This document shows, one piece after another, positions 40,901 to 49,800 of a DNA stretch of 64,000 nt. The stretch spans positions 160,001 through 224,000 of the forward strand of contig JAWAFD010000002.1 of the NCBI GenBank assembly GCA_038890745.1, written 5' to 3'. Source of the stretch: Candidatus Anstonellales archaeon. Its GTDB lineage: Archaea > Micrarchaeota > Micrarchaeia > Anstonellales > J096. The position numbers and the translations under genes are program-made. Position 1 is the first letter of the stretch. Each line of letters starts with the position of its first letter. Below the pieces are notes generated by a model. It searched no databases and was not told the DNA's origin. It saw only the letters and a list, made by a program, of their open reading frames with translations.

Positions 40901-43900
40901 AAGCTATTAATAATATTCTTAAAGATAATACAGCATATAACAACTCATGGTATGGTTTCCACCTTTCCTCCAGCTCCAACAACACCCTCTCCAACAACAC
41001 TGCCTACAGCAACTCTTACTACGGTTTCCACCTTTACTTCAGCTCCAACAACACCCTCTCCAACAACACTGCATATAATAACAATATTTATGGAATTTAT
41101 CTTTATCAGAATGCAGACAACAACACAATTGTCAATAACACAATATATAACAATTCAATTTATCAACTACTTATTAATGAAACCTATCCTTCTTATGATA
41201 ACAAAATATACAACAACATCTTCAACGCTTCAGCGGGCCAAGGAGTAGTCTACGATTCAGGAACAAACTATTGGAACATTTCCTATGACTGCACAGGAAC
41301 AAACATAATAGGTGGAGACTGCATAGGAGGAAACTTCTACTCTAACTACACAGGAGTGGATGATGGTTCAGGCGCAACCTATCCTCATAATATCTATGGA
41401 GATGGGATAGGAGACAATCCAGATGACTACTATATCTATGGAGGAAGCAATGTTGACTATCTGCCATTAACGAACAACCAAACATTGTGCTTCTATGCTG
41501 ATACCTCAAACACCGTATATACTTTAACAAGAAATCTCTATGGAAACAAATCAGATGGAAACTGTATTACCATAGTTGATTGGACTACAAACATTACAAT
41601 AGACTGCAATGGGTATAATATTACTGGTTGGGGTGTAGGAAAGGGCATATTCTCTGCCTATTCAAGCCACAATACTATAAAGAACTGCAACATAAGAAAC
41701 TATACCTATGCGATGGACTTAAGGGTAGGACAAAACATTTCAGTTTTCAACAATAACATTACAAACAATACAAATGGAATTGCATTGATTGTAGACATAA
41801 AACATTCAAGGCTTTACAATAACTATTTCTATGATAACACTGGAAGCAGTTTTTACATGGTATATGGTTGCGATAATGTAAGTTTTTACAACAATACGAT
41901 TGAAAAAAGTGGTGGTTGGGCTATTTCTCTCAGGGATACTACTACAAATTCAAGAATAGAAAACAACACTATTTTTAATGGAGATAATGTTGGTATTGGT
42001 CTTTATCCCAGCGACACTCTAAACAATACAATAAAAGGAAATAGCATATATAACCAAGGTTCATATGGTATATATCTTAGTTCTGGCACTAACAATAACA
42101 CAATTTCAGATAATATTGTTTATAACACTACAAACTACCAAATTGCTATATCTTCTTCTAGCGACAACCTTATCTACAACAACATCTTCAACGCTTCAGC
42201 GGGCCAAGGAGTAGTCTACGATTCAGGAACAAACTATTGGAACATTTCCTATGACTGCACAGGAACAAACATAATAGGTGGAGACTGCATAGGAGGAAAC
42301 TTCTACTCTAACTACACAGGAGTGGATGATGGTTCAGGCGCAACCTATCCTCATAATATCTATGGAGATGGGATAGGAGACAATCCACCAAACTATTCTA
42401 TATACGGAGGAAGTAACTGGGATTATTTACCACTTACCAATAACATAACTTATGCAAGATGCTTTTATGCAAACATTTCAAACACTGTTTATACGCTATC
42501 AGGAAATCTCTATGGAAACAAATCAGACAGAATCTGCATTACAATAAATGCTTCAAACATTACAATAGATTGCAATGGATATAATATTACTGGCAACCAC
42601 TCGCTTACTGAAAACACTATAGGAATAGGAAGCTATGTTGGATGGGAAAATGTTACGATACAAGGCTGTCATGTGAGTAATTATACATACGGCGTATATG
42701 CGTATTCGTTTAATAACACGCTAATTGATGAACTGAATTCTATCAGAAATCATTTTGGAATTTACCTCAATCAAACAACGAACTCAAACATTACAAACAG
42801 CAAGATAGAAGTTTATAATGAAACCGCATGGAGTAGAGGAATCTATCTAGTAAATTCAAGCGGAATAAGAATTTCATCTTCTCATATAAACCGAACAGGT
42901 TTAACCTCTGCGCCATGGGCGATTGGAATTATGCCGTGCGCTACAAACGATACTATAATTGAAAGTTCAAACTTTACAGATAGACTAACAAGGTCTATAT
43001 TTGTAAGCATATGCAGAGAAGTCGACGGGACAGAATTCCAAGCACCGACCTATAATCTTACAATAAAAGATAATCATTTCTGGAATACAGAAACTGTTAT
43101 AGCCCTATGGGTTAATTATAACACTTCAATAATCAATAACACAATTGAGTATTACAGAGGATATGGAATTGTTTCTGGGTATTTAGGTCTGCCAGGTGAA
43201 TATTGGGATTTGCTCATAGAGAATAATACAATAAGGAACGCTACTAATTGTCTAGATGACCCATCCTACTCAGGCCATATGACCGGGATATACATAGATA
43301 CAAACAGCGGAGGATGGACGGTTAGGGGAAACAGAATAGAGTACATGCCTACATTGGGAATAGATTTGGATGGAGTTGGAGGGTATTCTTATGATATGCT
43401 TTTTGAAAATAATGTGTTCAATCATACTGGAGAGAATGATTATGGAGCGGGATGTAATCCAACTCCAAATATGGGTGGCGTTTATTTTGGAGGGATTGAA
43501 AATTCAACAGTGCAGAACAATATTGTTGAGAATTTTGGTTCATCGATTGGAATAAATTTTTGGTGGAGGGAAAACCAAAATGTTTTGGTTCAGAATAATA
43601 CTGTTTTCAATGGGAATGCAACGGGAATTGGAGGGTCTGGAACTCAGAATAACATAACAGTTCGGAATAATACTGTTAGTTTTGCCCGAGCAGGTATTGG
43701 ATTCAGTTCTACAAGCAATTCAGCTTTTTATAATAACACAGTACACGATAATACTAAAGAAGGTATCGCTATTTCAAACGGGTATAATAATACATTGCAG
43801 GACAATCTTGCCTATGCGAATATGTACGGCATTTCGTTGAACAATGTTGTTAACCATACTTTGTTGAATAACAATATGACCAACAACCGATATAACTTCT

Positions 43901-46830
43901 ATATAGAAGGTTCCAGTGTTCCACACTTTGTGCATAATATAACTACAGACAATATAGTTAGAGATACGGTTCTTGATTCTTCTGACAAATATATATATTA
44001 TTATGTCAGGAATGTGACTGGGGACGGTTTGTATGATACTACAGAGCCAATACCTACAAATGTTGGTTTTATTGGAGTTGTTAACTCATCAGATTTCTTA
44101 GTTGAAAATGTTTCCCTGCACAATAACTCCCATGGGTTGTTATCTGTTCTTGCTAACAATGTAACTGCAAATAATGCTACATTTTACTATGAATACATAG
44201 GAGCATATCTGCTTTATTCAAGTAACCATAATATAACGAACTTAAATTCTTCTTCTAATGGTGCAGGTGGATTTAGATTATACTATTCGGATAAAAATAA
44301 TATAACGGATTCAGAGATAAAAAATAATGGCTTGTTTGGCGTTGATTTAAGATACACAAACAATACAATAGTCGAAAACAATCAGATTCACAATAATTCG
44401 TACTACGGTTTTAGAGGTTATGCTTCTTCCTATAGTAATAAAATTATTAACAATACGATAGGGTCGTTCCATAATATCAGCATTTATCTAAACAATGCGC
44501 CCTATACACTTATAGAGAACAATACAATTTATGAAAGTAACATTGATGGAATACATCTATTCATGAACTCTAATTGCAACATAATCAACAATTCCATTAC
44601 TTCAAACACACAATATGGTGTTAGCATCCATTACCAGTCTTCTAATAATACAATACTCTACAATACTATAACAAATAATGGCTACTCAGGACTCTACATC
44701 TTGATATCTGTAAACAACACTATTGCAGGTAATACTATTTCTGACAACACCCAAAATGGAATATATTTATTTGGGTATGCCAATGAAAACAATATAACAA
44801 ACAATACTATCTCGGACAACTTTTTCAATGGAATAAGGATAGAAGCTGGGTGTAGCAACAACCTCATCTACAACAACATCCTCAACAATACCTATAATAC
44901 ATATGACGATGGCACTAACTATTGGAACTATTCCTACTGCCCAGGCGGGCCTAACATAATCGGTGGACAATGCATAGGTGGAAACTACTATTCTGATTAT
45001 GATGGGATAGATGATGGAAGCGGCTCCCCACCCATTCATAATATTGCAGGAGATGGAATAGGAGATAATCCGGACCAGTATGCGATAGGTGGAGGAAGCA
45101 ACATTGATTACATGCCTTTGACAAATAACCAACTAGGAATGAATTGCATGTATATAAATTCAAACACAAGCCTTCTTGCGAACTTGGTTGGAAACAAATC
45201 AGATAGGGCGTGCATTACGTTTAATGCTTCAAATATCTACTTAAACTGCTCCGGTTATAATATCACAGGAAATGTCTATGATCCTGAAAACAAAACATAC
45301 GCAATAATGACAAACGGATTTGAAAACATAAGCATAATAAACTGCCCAAACCTAACCAACTATTCTTTTGGAATATATGTTAATGGTACAAAAAATGCAA
45401 CGATAAATAATGTAACCTCTTACAAAAATACCGATAGCGGGATAGGAATAGTAGACAACAGCAGCCAGATAGAAATATCAAATACAACCCTTCCTTTCAA
45501 CACGGAAAATGGAATATTCATAAACTCCTCTTCCCAAGTGAACGTTTACTCAACAGAGATATACAACAATCCCTACTCAACCCTATTCAATGTAGGGATA
45601 TACTCTCTAAACTCTTCCAGAATTTTAATCTCAAATGCTTCAATATACAACCATAGCACCTATGGAATTTTGGCTTACGACACGTCACATATCAGCATTT
45701 CTGACTCCTACTCGATATTCAACCAAATTGCAGGAATGTATCTTAATGCAGGGAATAACCTTACGATGCAAAACAGCAACTTCTCAAACAATACAATATA
45801 CGGTATAAGACTTAATGCTTTCGAAAACATTACAGGAAACAATATCACAATACACGGAACCAGAGGGGATGAGGCATTTTTAGCAGACTATTCCTACAAT
45901 GCAACCATCTCAAACTCTTCAATAAGCTTTAACTATCTTAACGCTATACGATTATTCACTTCTGCAAATTTCACATTCAATAATATCACAGCAAACAATA
46001 ATACAAGAGGGATCTACATAAACGACTATACAAACGGAACAAGAATACTTAACTCTAACATAAGCTTCAACAGTGATAAAGGAGTGTTTTTCACACAAAC
46101 AACAGATAATAATAGAATGGAAAACAGCTATATTTGCTTCAATACCCAAAAGGATATAGATAATCAGGACGGAACAGATAACAACGGCTCATTGAACACA
46201 TGCGACACATACTATCAGTGGAAGGATGATGAACTGCCAGATGGATGCGCCATGACATGCACTTCTATATGGCATTATTTCTATGGAAATATTACTGGTT
46301 TGATTTTGCTTGGAACAAACTGGACAGAGCCAAAATTCATGTCCAACTGGACTCCTGCAATAGTGCACATGTATGTATTCCCAGAAGGAAATACAATAAG
46401 CTGGTTGGAACTTCAGGCATTAGGAAGAAAGGCAGATAATACAACAGCAAGCAATGATTTTGAAGAGGCGGACATAGCTTTGGGAATAGACCCTGCATTA
46501 GTGGATAGCATAAACAAAACATTCAGCATAGATGGAACACTTCCAATAGAGAACACGACATATAGGGTATGGGGTAGGGATATTGCAAACATTTCCATCG
46601 CAAACTCAACGGATAACAAGAATTTCAAGACAGGTATTTTGTGGGACACGAGCGATGGGGGAACAGAATTTACTTCTGCAGAGCATCAGGATTTGGTGTT
46701 TATGACAAATATTACATGGGACGGAGAAGGAAAATGGGGAACATATGATTATGAAATAAGAGTGCCTTCCCAGTTTGCCACCTATAATGGAGGAGCAGGT
46801 AGGGTTATAATTTATCTAGAGGTTCAATAA
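34957..46830 (+). CDS. Giant (3957 aa) surface protein with multiple NosD/CASH beta-helix modules and a C-terminal TEGGNVT-type domain
   Basis: Uninterrupted ORF; signal peptide; four LYKC..F...C...W domains; repeated GGNFYSNY...GDGIGDNP module ends; C-terminal FYGNITG...YDYEIRVP...IYLEVQ; no TM anchor. Confidence 0.9.
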   Translation: MVEMNKKTAVALLVAIALVFALTSEYSISIDRSEYYVGEAVNITVTMPLKVYAVKLYITLPSNETEETPAIRCRTGLCLYQYFPDQPGHYIVGLFDRNISVEFDVLRNENETAPPLINITPTLPRLSYYDERTNLTFFYYLIPTEEGYGDLIIENITPHLPALVLNNFSLNSSLFIHAYELNISENQTILKIKNYSQNISENISTEATNITENLTENITENTSEEIALEITETKNTTEENFSEIINENNTGLNETENITENLTEIESETEIRNLYNVIFVNLSGTNFSYAEYYILLEYDTLLSCVNFTNETCALWEKANSTQDGIFAILNSTSDFLVAGQLNISYPLDISENISLNVSEENISEINITPLEDEVYKQLEIVFIDMGFDYYEDFWTYDSVEEEVQELLIQNAFFVVYDEKGEGRIPEYIISMVDEKHANVGIFKPIQSVPVITFYSLYLDKELKMSAYDINDSAFVLDTYYLFYPYGIVYAEKKGEYLYSCEDFSYDYTCRTGFKELNYTLQKGKAVFNITKEQKLFLWTEKPLTIPGGEQNATELLPSININISDTRGKQKNYTYEILEYTGRYASVTFYFSPEERIHSITLYNLSLSGEPFILLDEFSNSILLVDLSNSDFDYSVVIAKDYGGDLYKCKEFDKNYSCSGGWEKWPYFASGGYIVFKLLPEDPLFIQTINLSTVTTLNIIDPFGNPVNGSYEILDNSTGLDVQINFNSGQVLQLTIYDIPDDGYSHTIVVGDTFVNDSENNMTNTFVIDLSNISYNYSNVVARNSGGDLYKCSTFSSNFSCLSSWELYPYTNNGVNRSFNLTEGDPMFGYEKEGNISIFDITSCTAITTSGYHTLDNNLVGNTSNSIGGYYYCIAIRVSNVELNCQNYEIRGNSAGSTVGIIIYDPPLAINPLTNVTVRNCNVLNYSRNLMIDSALTTDHSQITIRDSRFNLSSGNSIRVEDCDDSNFTNLVVDRTSDGGILFLTDSTNNRVVNFTGYNSANFFIMDYSGSNNFTNITLRNGGWAGIWIRGVDNSIVDGFDIQNITESGGVVYGGIYVSSGGDNNIIRNGKIYDLVTYGIQVNGSYNNTITNVTIYNSTSESGIFIYEDTADNNKIYNSTIYRNADYGIYVNGADDLLIYNTNIENHTSGYEVYLYAPSSLVSVSNILIQNSRFVNNKSINTMGINAIYGSNITVDNSTFTGIYIGAYFNQSNTITIKNSTFLRNGKAGIFFDSTTSSSVLDNDINDTYWTSDDPGGIYLGFCDWNSVNFYKFEGGIILCYSNYTQISYNYLKGNGTCTDNCIANHNGCEAGIFTYNSKLNNITYNIFRNSGDNYDSLYFYSYDTNYWYNDQNGTDPLTGNNNVNDGIKLDNSRGFNISHSNFSNNREWGIFLTNSNDTYIYNNTASYNTNVGIRLASSANNTVIYNTAFKNQQGFRVEQLEAINNIFKDNTAYSNSYYGFYLYFSSNNTLSNNTAYSNSYYGFYLYFSSNNNTLSNNTAYSNSYYGFCLYFSSNNNILSNNTAYNNNIYGIYLYQNADNNTIVNNTIYNNSIYQLLINETYPSYDNKIYNNIFNASAGQGVVYDSGTNYWNTSYDCTGTNIIGGDCIGGNFYSNYTGADDGSGATYPHNIAGDGIGDNPDDYYIYGGSNIDYLPLTNLRTACFYADTSNTVYTLTRNLYGNKSDRICITINASNITIDCNGYNITGTYPYTGYTIGIGNYDSRNNVTIKNCYITNYTFGIYANLSNQYNITNNSLVANGKAGIFFDSTENSTIWDNDINDTYWTSDDPGGDYFQFCNWSAGNFSRFEGGIILCSSNYTQISYNYLKGNGTCGGGGPGCGSNHNGCEAGIFTYNSKLNNVTHNTFRNSGDNYDSLYFYSYDTNYWYNDQNGTDPLTGNKNVNDGIKLDHSRGFNISHSNFSNNYEWGIFFTWSNDSYIYNNTARYCVGSGGVGIRLARSANNTVIYNTAFKNQEGFRVDYSEAINNILKDNTAYNNSWYGFHLSSSSNNTLSNNTAYSNSYYGFHLYFSSNNTLSNNTAYNNNIYGIYLYQNADNNTIVNNTIYNNSIYQLLINETYPSYDNKIYNNIFNASAGQGVVYDSGTNYWNISYDCTGTNIIGGDCIGGNFYSNYTGVDDGSGATYPHNIYGDGIGDNPDDYYIYGGSNVDYLPLTNNQTLCFYADTSNTVYTLTRNLYGNKSDGNCITIVDWTTNITIDCNGYNITGWGVGKGIFSAYSSHNTIKNCNIRNYTYAMDLRVGQNISVFNNNITNNTNGIALIVDIKHSRLYNNYFYDNTGSSFYMVYGCDNVSFYNNTIEKSGGWAISLRDTTTNSRIENNTIFNGDNVGIGLYPSDTLNNTIKGNSIYNQGSYGIYLSSGTNNNTISDNIVYNTTNYQIAISSSSDNLIYNNIFNASAGQGVVYDSGTNYWNISYDCTGTNIIGGDCIGGNFYSNYTGVDDGSGATYPHNIYGDGIGDNPPNYSIYGGSNWDYLPLTNNITYARCFYANISNTVYTLSGNLYGNKSDRICITINASNITIDCNGYNITGNHSLTENTIGIGSYVGWENVTIQGCHVSNYTYGVYAYSFNNTLIDELNSIRNHFGIYLNQTTNSNITNSKIEVYNETAWSRGIYLVNSSGIRISSSHINRTGLTSAPWAIGIMPCATNDTIIESSNFTDRLTRSIFVSICREVDGTEFQAPTYNLTIKDNHFWNTETVIALWVNYNTSIINNTIEYYRGYGIVSGYLGLPGEYWDLLIENNTIRNATNCLDDPSYSGHMTGIYIDTNSGGWTVRGNRIEYMPTLGIDLDGVGGYSYDMLFENNVFNHTGENDYGAGCNPTPNMGGVYFGGIENSTVQNNIVENFGSSIGINFWWRENQNVLVQNNTVFNGNATGIGGSGTQNNITVRNNTVSFARAGIGFSSTSNSAFYNNTVHDNTKEGIAISNGYNNTLQDNLAYANMYGISLNNVVNHTLLNNNMTNNRYNFYIEGSSVPHFVHNITTDNIVRDTVLDSSDKYIYYYVRNVTGDGLYDTTEPIPTNVGFIGVVNSSDFLVENVSLHNNSHGLLSVLANNVTANNATFYYEYIGAYLLYSSNHNITNLNSSSNGAGGFRLYYSDKNNITDSEIKNNGLFGVDLRYTNNTIVENNQIHNNSYYGFRGYASSYSNKIINNTIGSFHNISIYLNNAPYTLIENNTIYESNIDGIHLFMNSNCNIINNSITSNTQYGVSIHYQSSNNTILYNTITNNGYSGLYILISVNNTIAGNTISDNTQNGIYLFGYANENNITNNTISDNFFNGIRIEAGCSNNLIYNNILNNTYNTYDDGTNYWNYSYCPGGPNIIGGQCIGGNYYSDYDGIDDGSGSPPIHNIAGDGIGDNPDQYAIGGGSNIDYMPLTNNQLGMNCMYINSNTSLLANLVGNKSDRACITFNASNIYLNCSGYNITGNVYDPENKTYAIMTNGFENISIINCPNLTNYSFGIYVNGTKNATINNVTSYKNTDSGIGIVDNSSQIEISNTTLPFNTENGIFINSSSQVNVYSTEIYNNPYSTLFNVGIYSLNSSRILISNASIYNHSTYGILAYDTSHISISDSYSIFNQIAGMYLNAGNNLTMQNSNFSNNTIYGIRLNAFENITGNNITIHGTRGDEAFLADYSYNATISNSSISFNYLNAIRLFTSANFTFNNITANNNTRGIYINDYTNGTRILNSNISFNSDKGVFFTQTTDNNRMENSYICFNTQKDIDNQDGTDNNGSLNTCDTYYQWKDDELPDGCAMTCTSIWHYFYGNITGLILLGTNWTEPKFMSNWTPAIVHMYVFPEGNTISWLELQALGRKADNTTASNDFEEADIALGIDPALVDSINKTFSIDGTLPIENTTYRVWGRDIANISIANSTDNKNFKTGILWDTSDGGTEFTSAEHQDLVFMTNITWDGEGKWGTYDYEIRVPSQFATYNGGAGRVIIYLEVQ
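38628..42590 (+). repeat. Recent intragenic duplications (~1.6-kb module twice, ~270-bp module end three times, 66-69 bp tandem units)
   Basis: Near-identical DNA from ~38628 and ~40230; TACAACAACATCTTCAACGCTTCAGCGGGCCAAGG at 39664, 41209, 42175; SNNTAYSNSYYGF units ~39306-39540. Confidence 0.9.
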
Positions 46831-46868
46831 ACGAAACCTTTATTATTCTTATCTCGGAATTCTTAACG

Positions 46869-49800
46869 ATGTCCATAAGGGTTTTGCGTTTTGCGTTTGC
46901 ACTATTTCTACTTTTATCTATCTTCAACGCTGTTGATCTGAGTACCTGCGGTTCTCTCTCTTCAAATACCTACTACGAAGTAACTCAAGACCTTAATACT
47001 GGAGATTCCCAGACACCATGCCTTGTTGCATACGGCGTGTCTAATGTTGTGGTAAATTTGAAAGGGTATTCTGTTAGAGGAATAAAAATACAAAACTCTG
47101 CAAATAACATTACAATAGAAAACGGTTCATTAGCTCTTCCCGGTAATTATTTCGGATCTTTTGCTTACCTTAAAATATATATCCGCGATTCTTCAAATAT
47201 TACTATAAAAAACGTTTCCCACTATGCCTATTGTACATCCCCGGGATGTAGCGGCCCGGAGATAGCCAATTCAATGAATGTTTATTTCTACGAAGTTTCC
47301 TCCACCCTTCCATCTGATGCAAGAGGAGGCAACCCAAGCGTTTTTTTTGGTATTCAAAACACAACAAACGCTACATTTGAACGGCTTAAGTATTCTTTCC
47401 CGGACTCTCTCGGCCACTGCACAGCCTTGGCTTGGACAGCGATTCTTATAGATTCTTCGGGTTCTGGTGCTAAAAAATCAAACAATATTGTGATAAAACA
47501 ATCAGAAATAACAGGTTCTTGCAATGGAATACTTTCATATACAGAAAATTTGACGCTGTATAACAATATTATAGATACATACGACGTACAGATATGGCCG
47601 AAATATTGCAATAACAACATCACGAGCAACATGGGAAAAAACTCGCTCTACCCGATTGTTTACATGGAGCACAACTCCTCCCAAACCTATTCTCCTGGGT
47701 CAGTTTCTCAGCTTATTTTCTGCAATATCTCGAATTTTCAGGTCACAGGCCCAACAGCAATATACGGAGGAATTCTTCTCGTTAACTCTTCGAACAATAC
47801 ATTTAACGGATTCTCAACAAACACGACATACACGGGAATAGTTTTTGACAGGAGCAAAGACAACAAGTTCTATAATGGTGGAATGCATAATGGAGTTTAT
47901 GGGGTTTTGTTCTATGCAACAGATGGTGTTGCGTCCACAGGCAACTCATTTGAAAATACCTCGTCCTCTAATATCACAGACCGGGTGTTTGGAGGATGCG
48001 GAGTAAGAGGAGAGTGCGTGTGCAATTTTTCAGTAAAAAACGCCTCTTTGAATGGATTCCCTGCTTGGTTTAATACAACAACAAACGGAATTACTGTTTC
48101 GAATGTAAACCTAAATGAGCTTACTTTCTGCGATGTTGAAAACTCTACAGTGAGCAATGTCAATATAACAAACGGGACTGGCTTTTGGAGCTTTTCAAGC
48201 GCAAACATCTTAGTTGAAAACTCAAACATTTCCAATGCTCATTATCATAATCTTTTCTCATACCTTGATGATAACATTACAATAAGAAACAGCGATTTAA
48301 GCTATTTCAGGGTTGATCCCTCAGCACAATGGGCATACAGCCACTCTACTATGTTTTCGCGTTCTCAAAATATCACCGTCGAAAACATAACCTCATATGA
48401 AACGAACGGTTTCGCAGTTTATATCGGAACTAATGCAAATGTTTTCAACTCAAAAATCATAAACACAAAATCTGGCGGATGCTACTACTGCAGTTTTTCC
48501 CTTGGTTTTTCAGGGACGAACGCATGGGCAGAAAACAATACCGTAATTTCAGATGAAACCAATCTCTATGGTATTGTCCTTGGGATAGCGTATAATTATT
48601 TGGGCGGAAACATAACAGCAAGGAATAATACGATAATGGGAAAATATGTCGGCATCGCATTGAGCAATCATCCAGGATATCCCCAGCCAAACAATAATAT
48701 CGTGAACATTACGAGGAATCTAATCCAAAACTCTTCCTATGGGATTATGATAAACCCGAGCACAACAAACATTACAGAAATAAGCTTCAACAGAATAGAA
48801 AATAAGATCGCATCCCGTGGAAGTACTGCATGCATGTACTCTGTCGGCTCTTCATACAGAGGAATGAATGTATCCATATTCAACAATACAATGTACAATG
48901 CAACATATGGCTACTATGCCTCGTATGGGATAAGAGACCATATATTCAATAATACGATATGCAATGTAAATACAGTTTTCTACCTCTACCACTCAACAGA
49001 AATATACATAGGAAACAATTCTATATGCGATGATATATACACCCCCATAGATATAGTGAGCGATAATTCGCAGGAGTGCGCGCATGGAGTTAATTTCACA
49101 GTAAACGAAACAAACCCAGTTTATTTCAGTAACATAGATGATGTTGTTTTTGAAAACAACGACAGCATTGCGCAGATATTCTTGTGTAATGTGAGTAGAG
49201 CGCGGGTGCAAAACATCACGATGAGAAGGGAAAATGCCCAGTATGGCGTATGGGCCGTCCTCACACGATATAGCAACATTACAGATTTTAGATGTTATAA
49301 CATGAACTCAAATGTGTATTGTGTTTATTTCAAGCATTTGGATTTTGAAAATAGAGTAAAGGATTCTATCATCGTGAACAATACATATGGCATAAGGATT
49401 TCTGAAAATTCAAACACCACGCATGTCTATAACAACACCTTTGAAAACAACACCTATTCAGTTTATTTGGAAGGATACCTAAACAATATTTCAACCAACT
49501 CTTTCAAAAACCCAAAATCTGAGGGTGTAGAAGTTTATCTTTATGCCCTAAATTCAAATAATAATACAATAAGTAATAACACATTTACACAGTTAACTAA
49601 TGGGTATGCTTTTAAGATCGTATATAAGTCAGCCTCCGGGAATGTTTTTGAGTGGAACACTGTTAATGGCCCGGGTGAATACTATAGCCCGATTTGGATA
49701 TCCGGCCAAAGTAATACATTCAGATTTAATACACTAAACGGCACAAAAACCAGCTCTGGTTTCCTAAACAGAGCAAACGGCTCTGTTTTTTACAACAACA

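Noticed and set aside
38628..41620. Diversity-generating retroelement TR/VR pair
   Set aside because: Differences between copies are not confined to adenines and include indels; both copies are coding; no reverse transcriptase in the window
47487..47495. ATTGTGATA match to the predicted PPR target
   Set aside because: One 9-mer hit in 64 kb of AT-rich DNA, in mid-CDS, is compatible with chance
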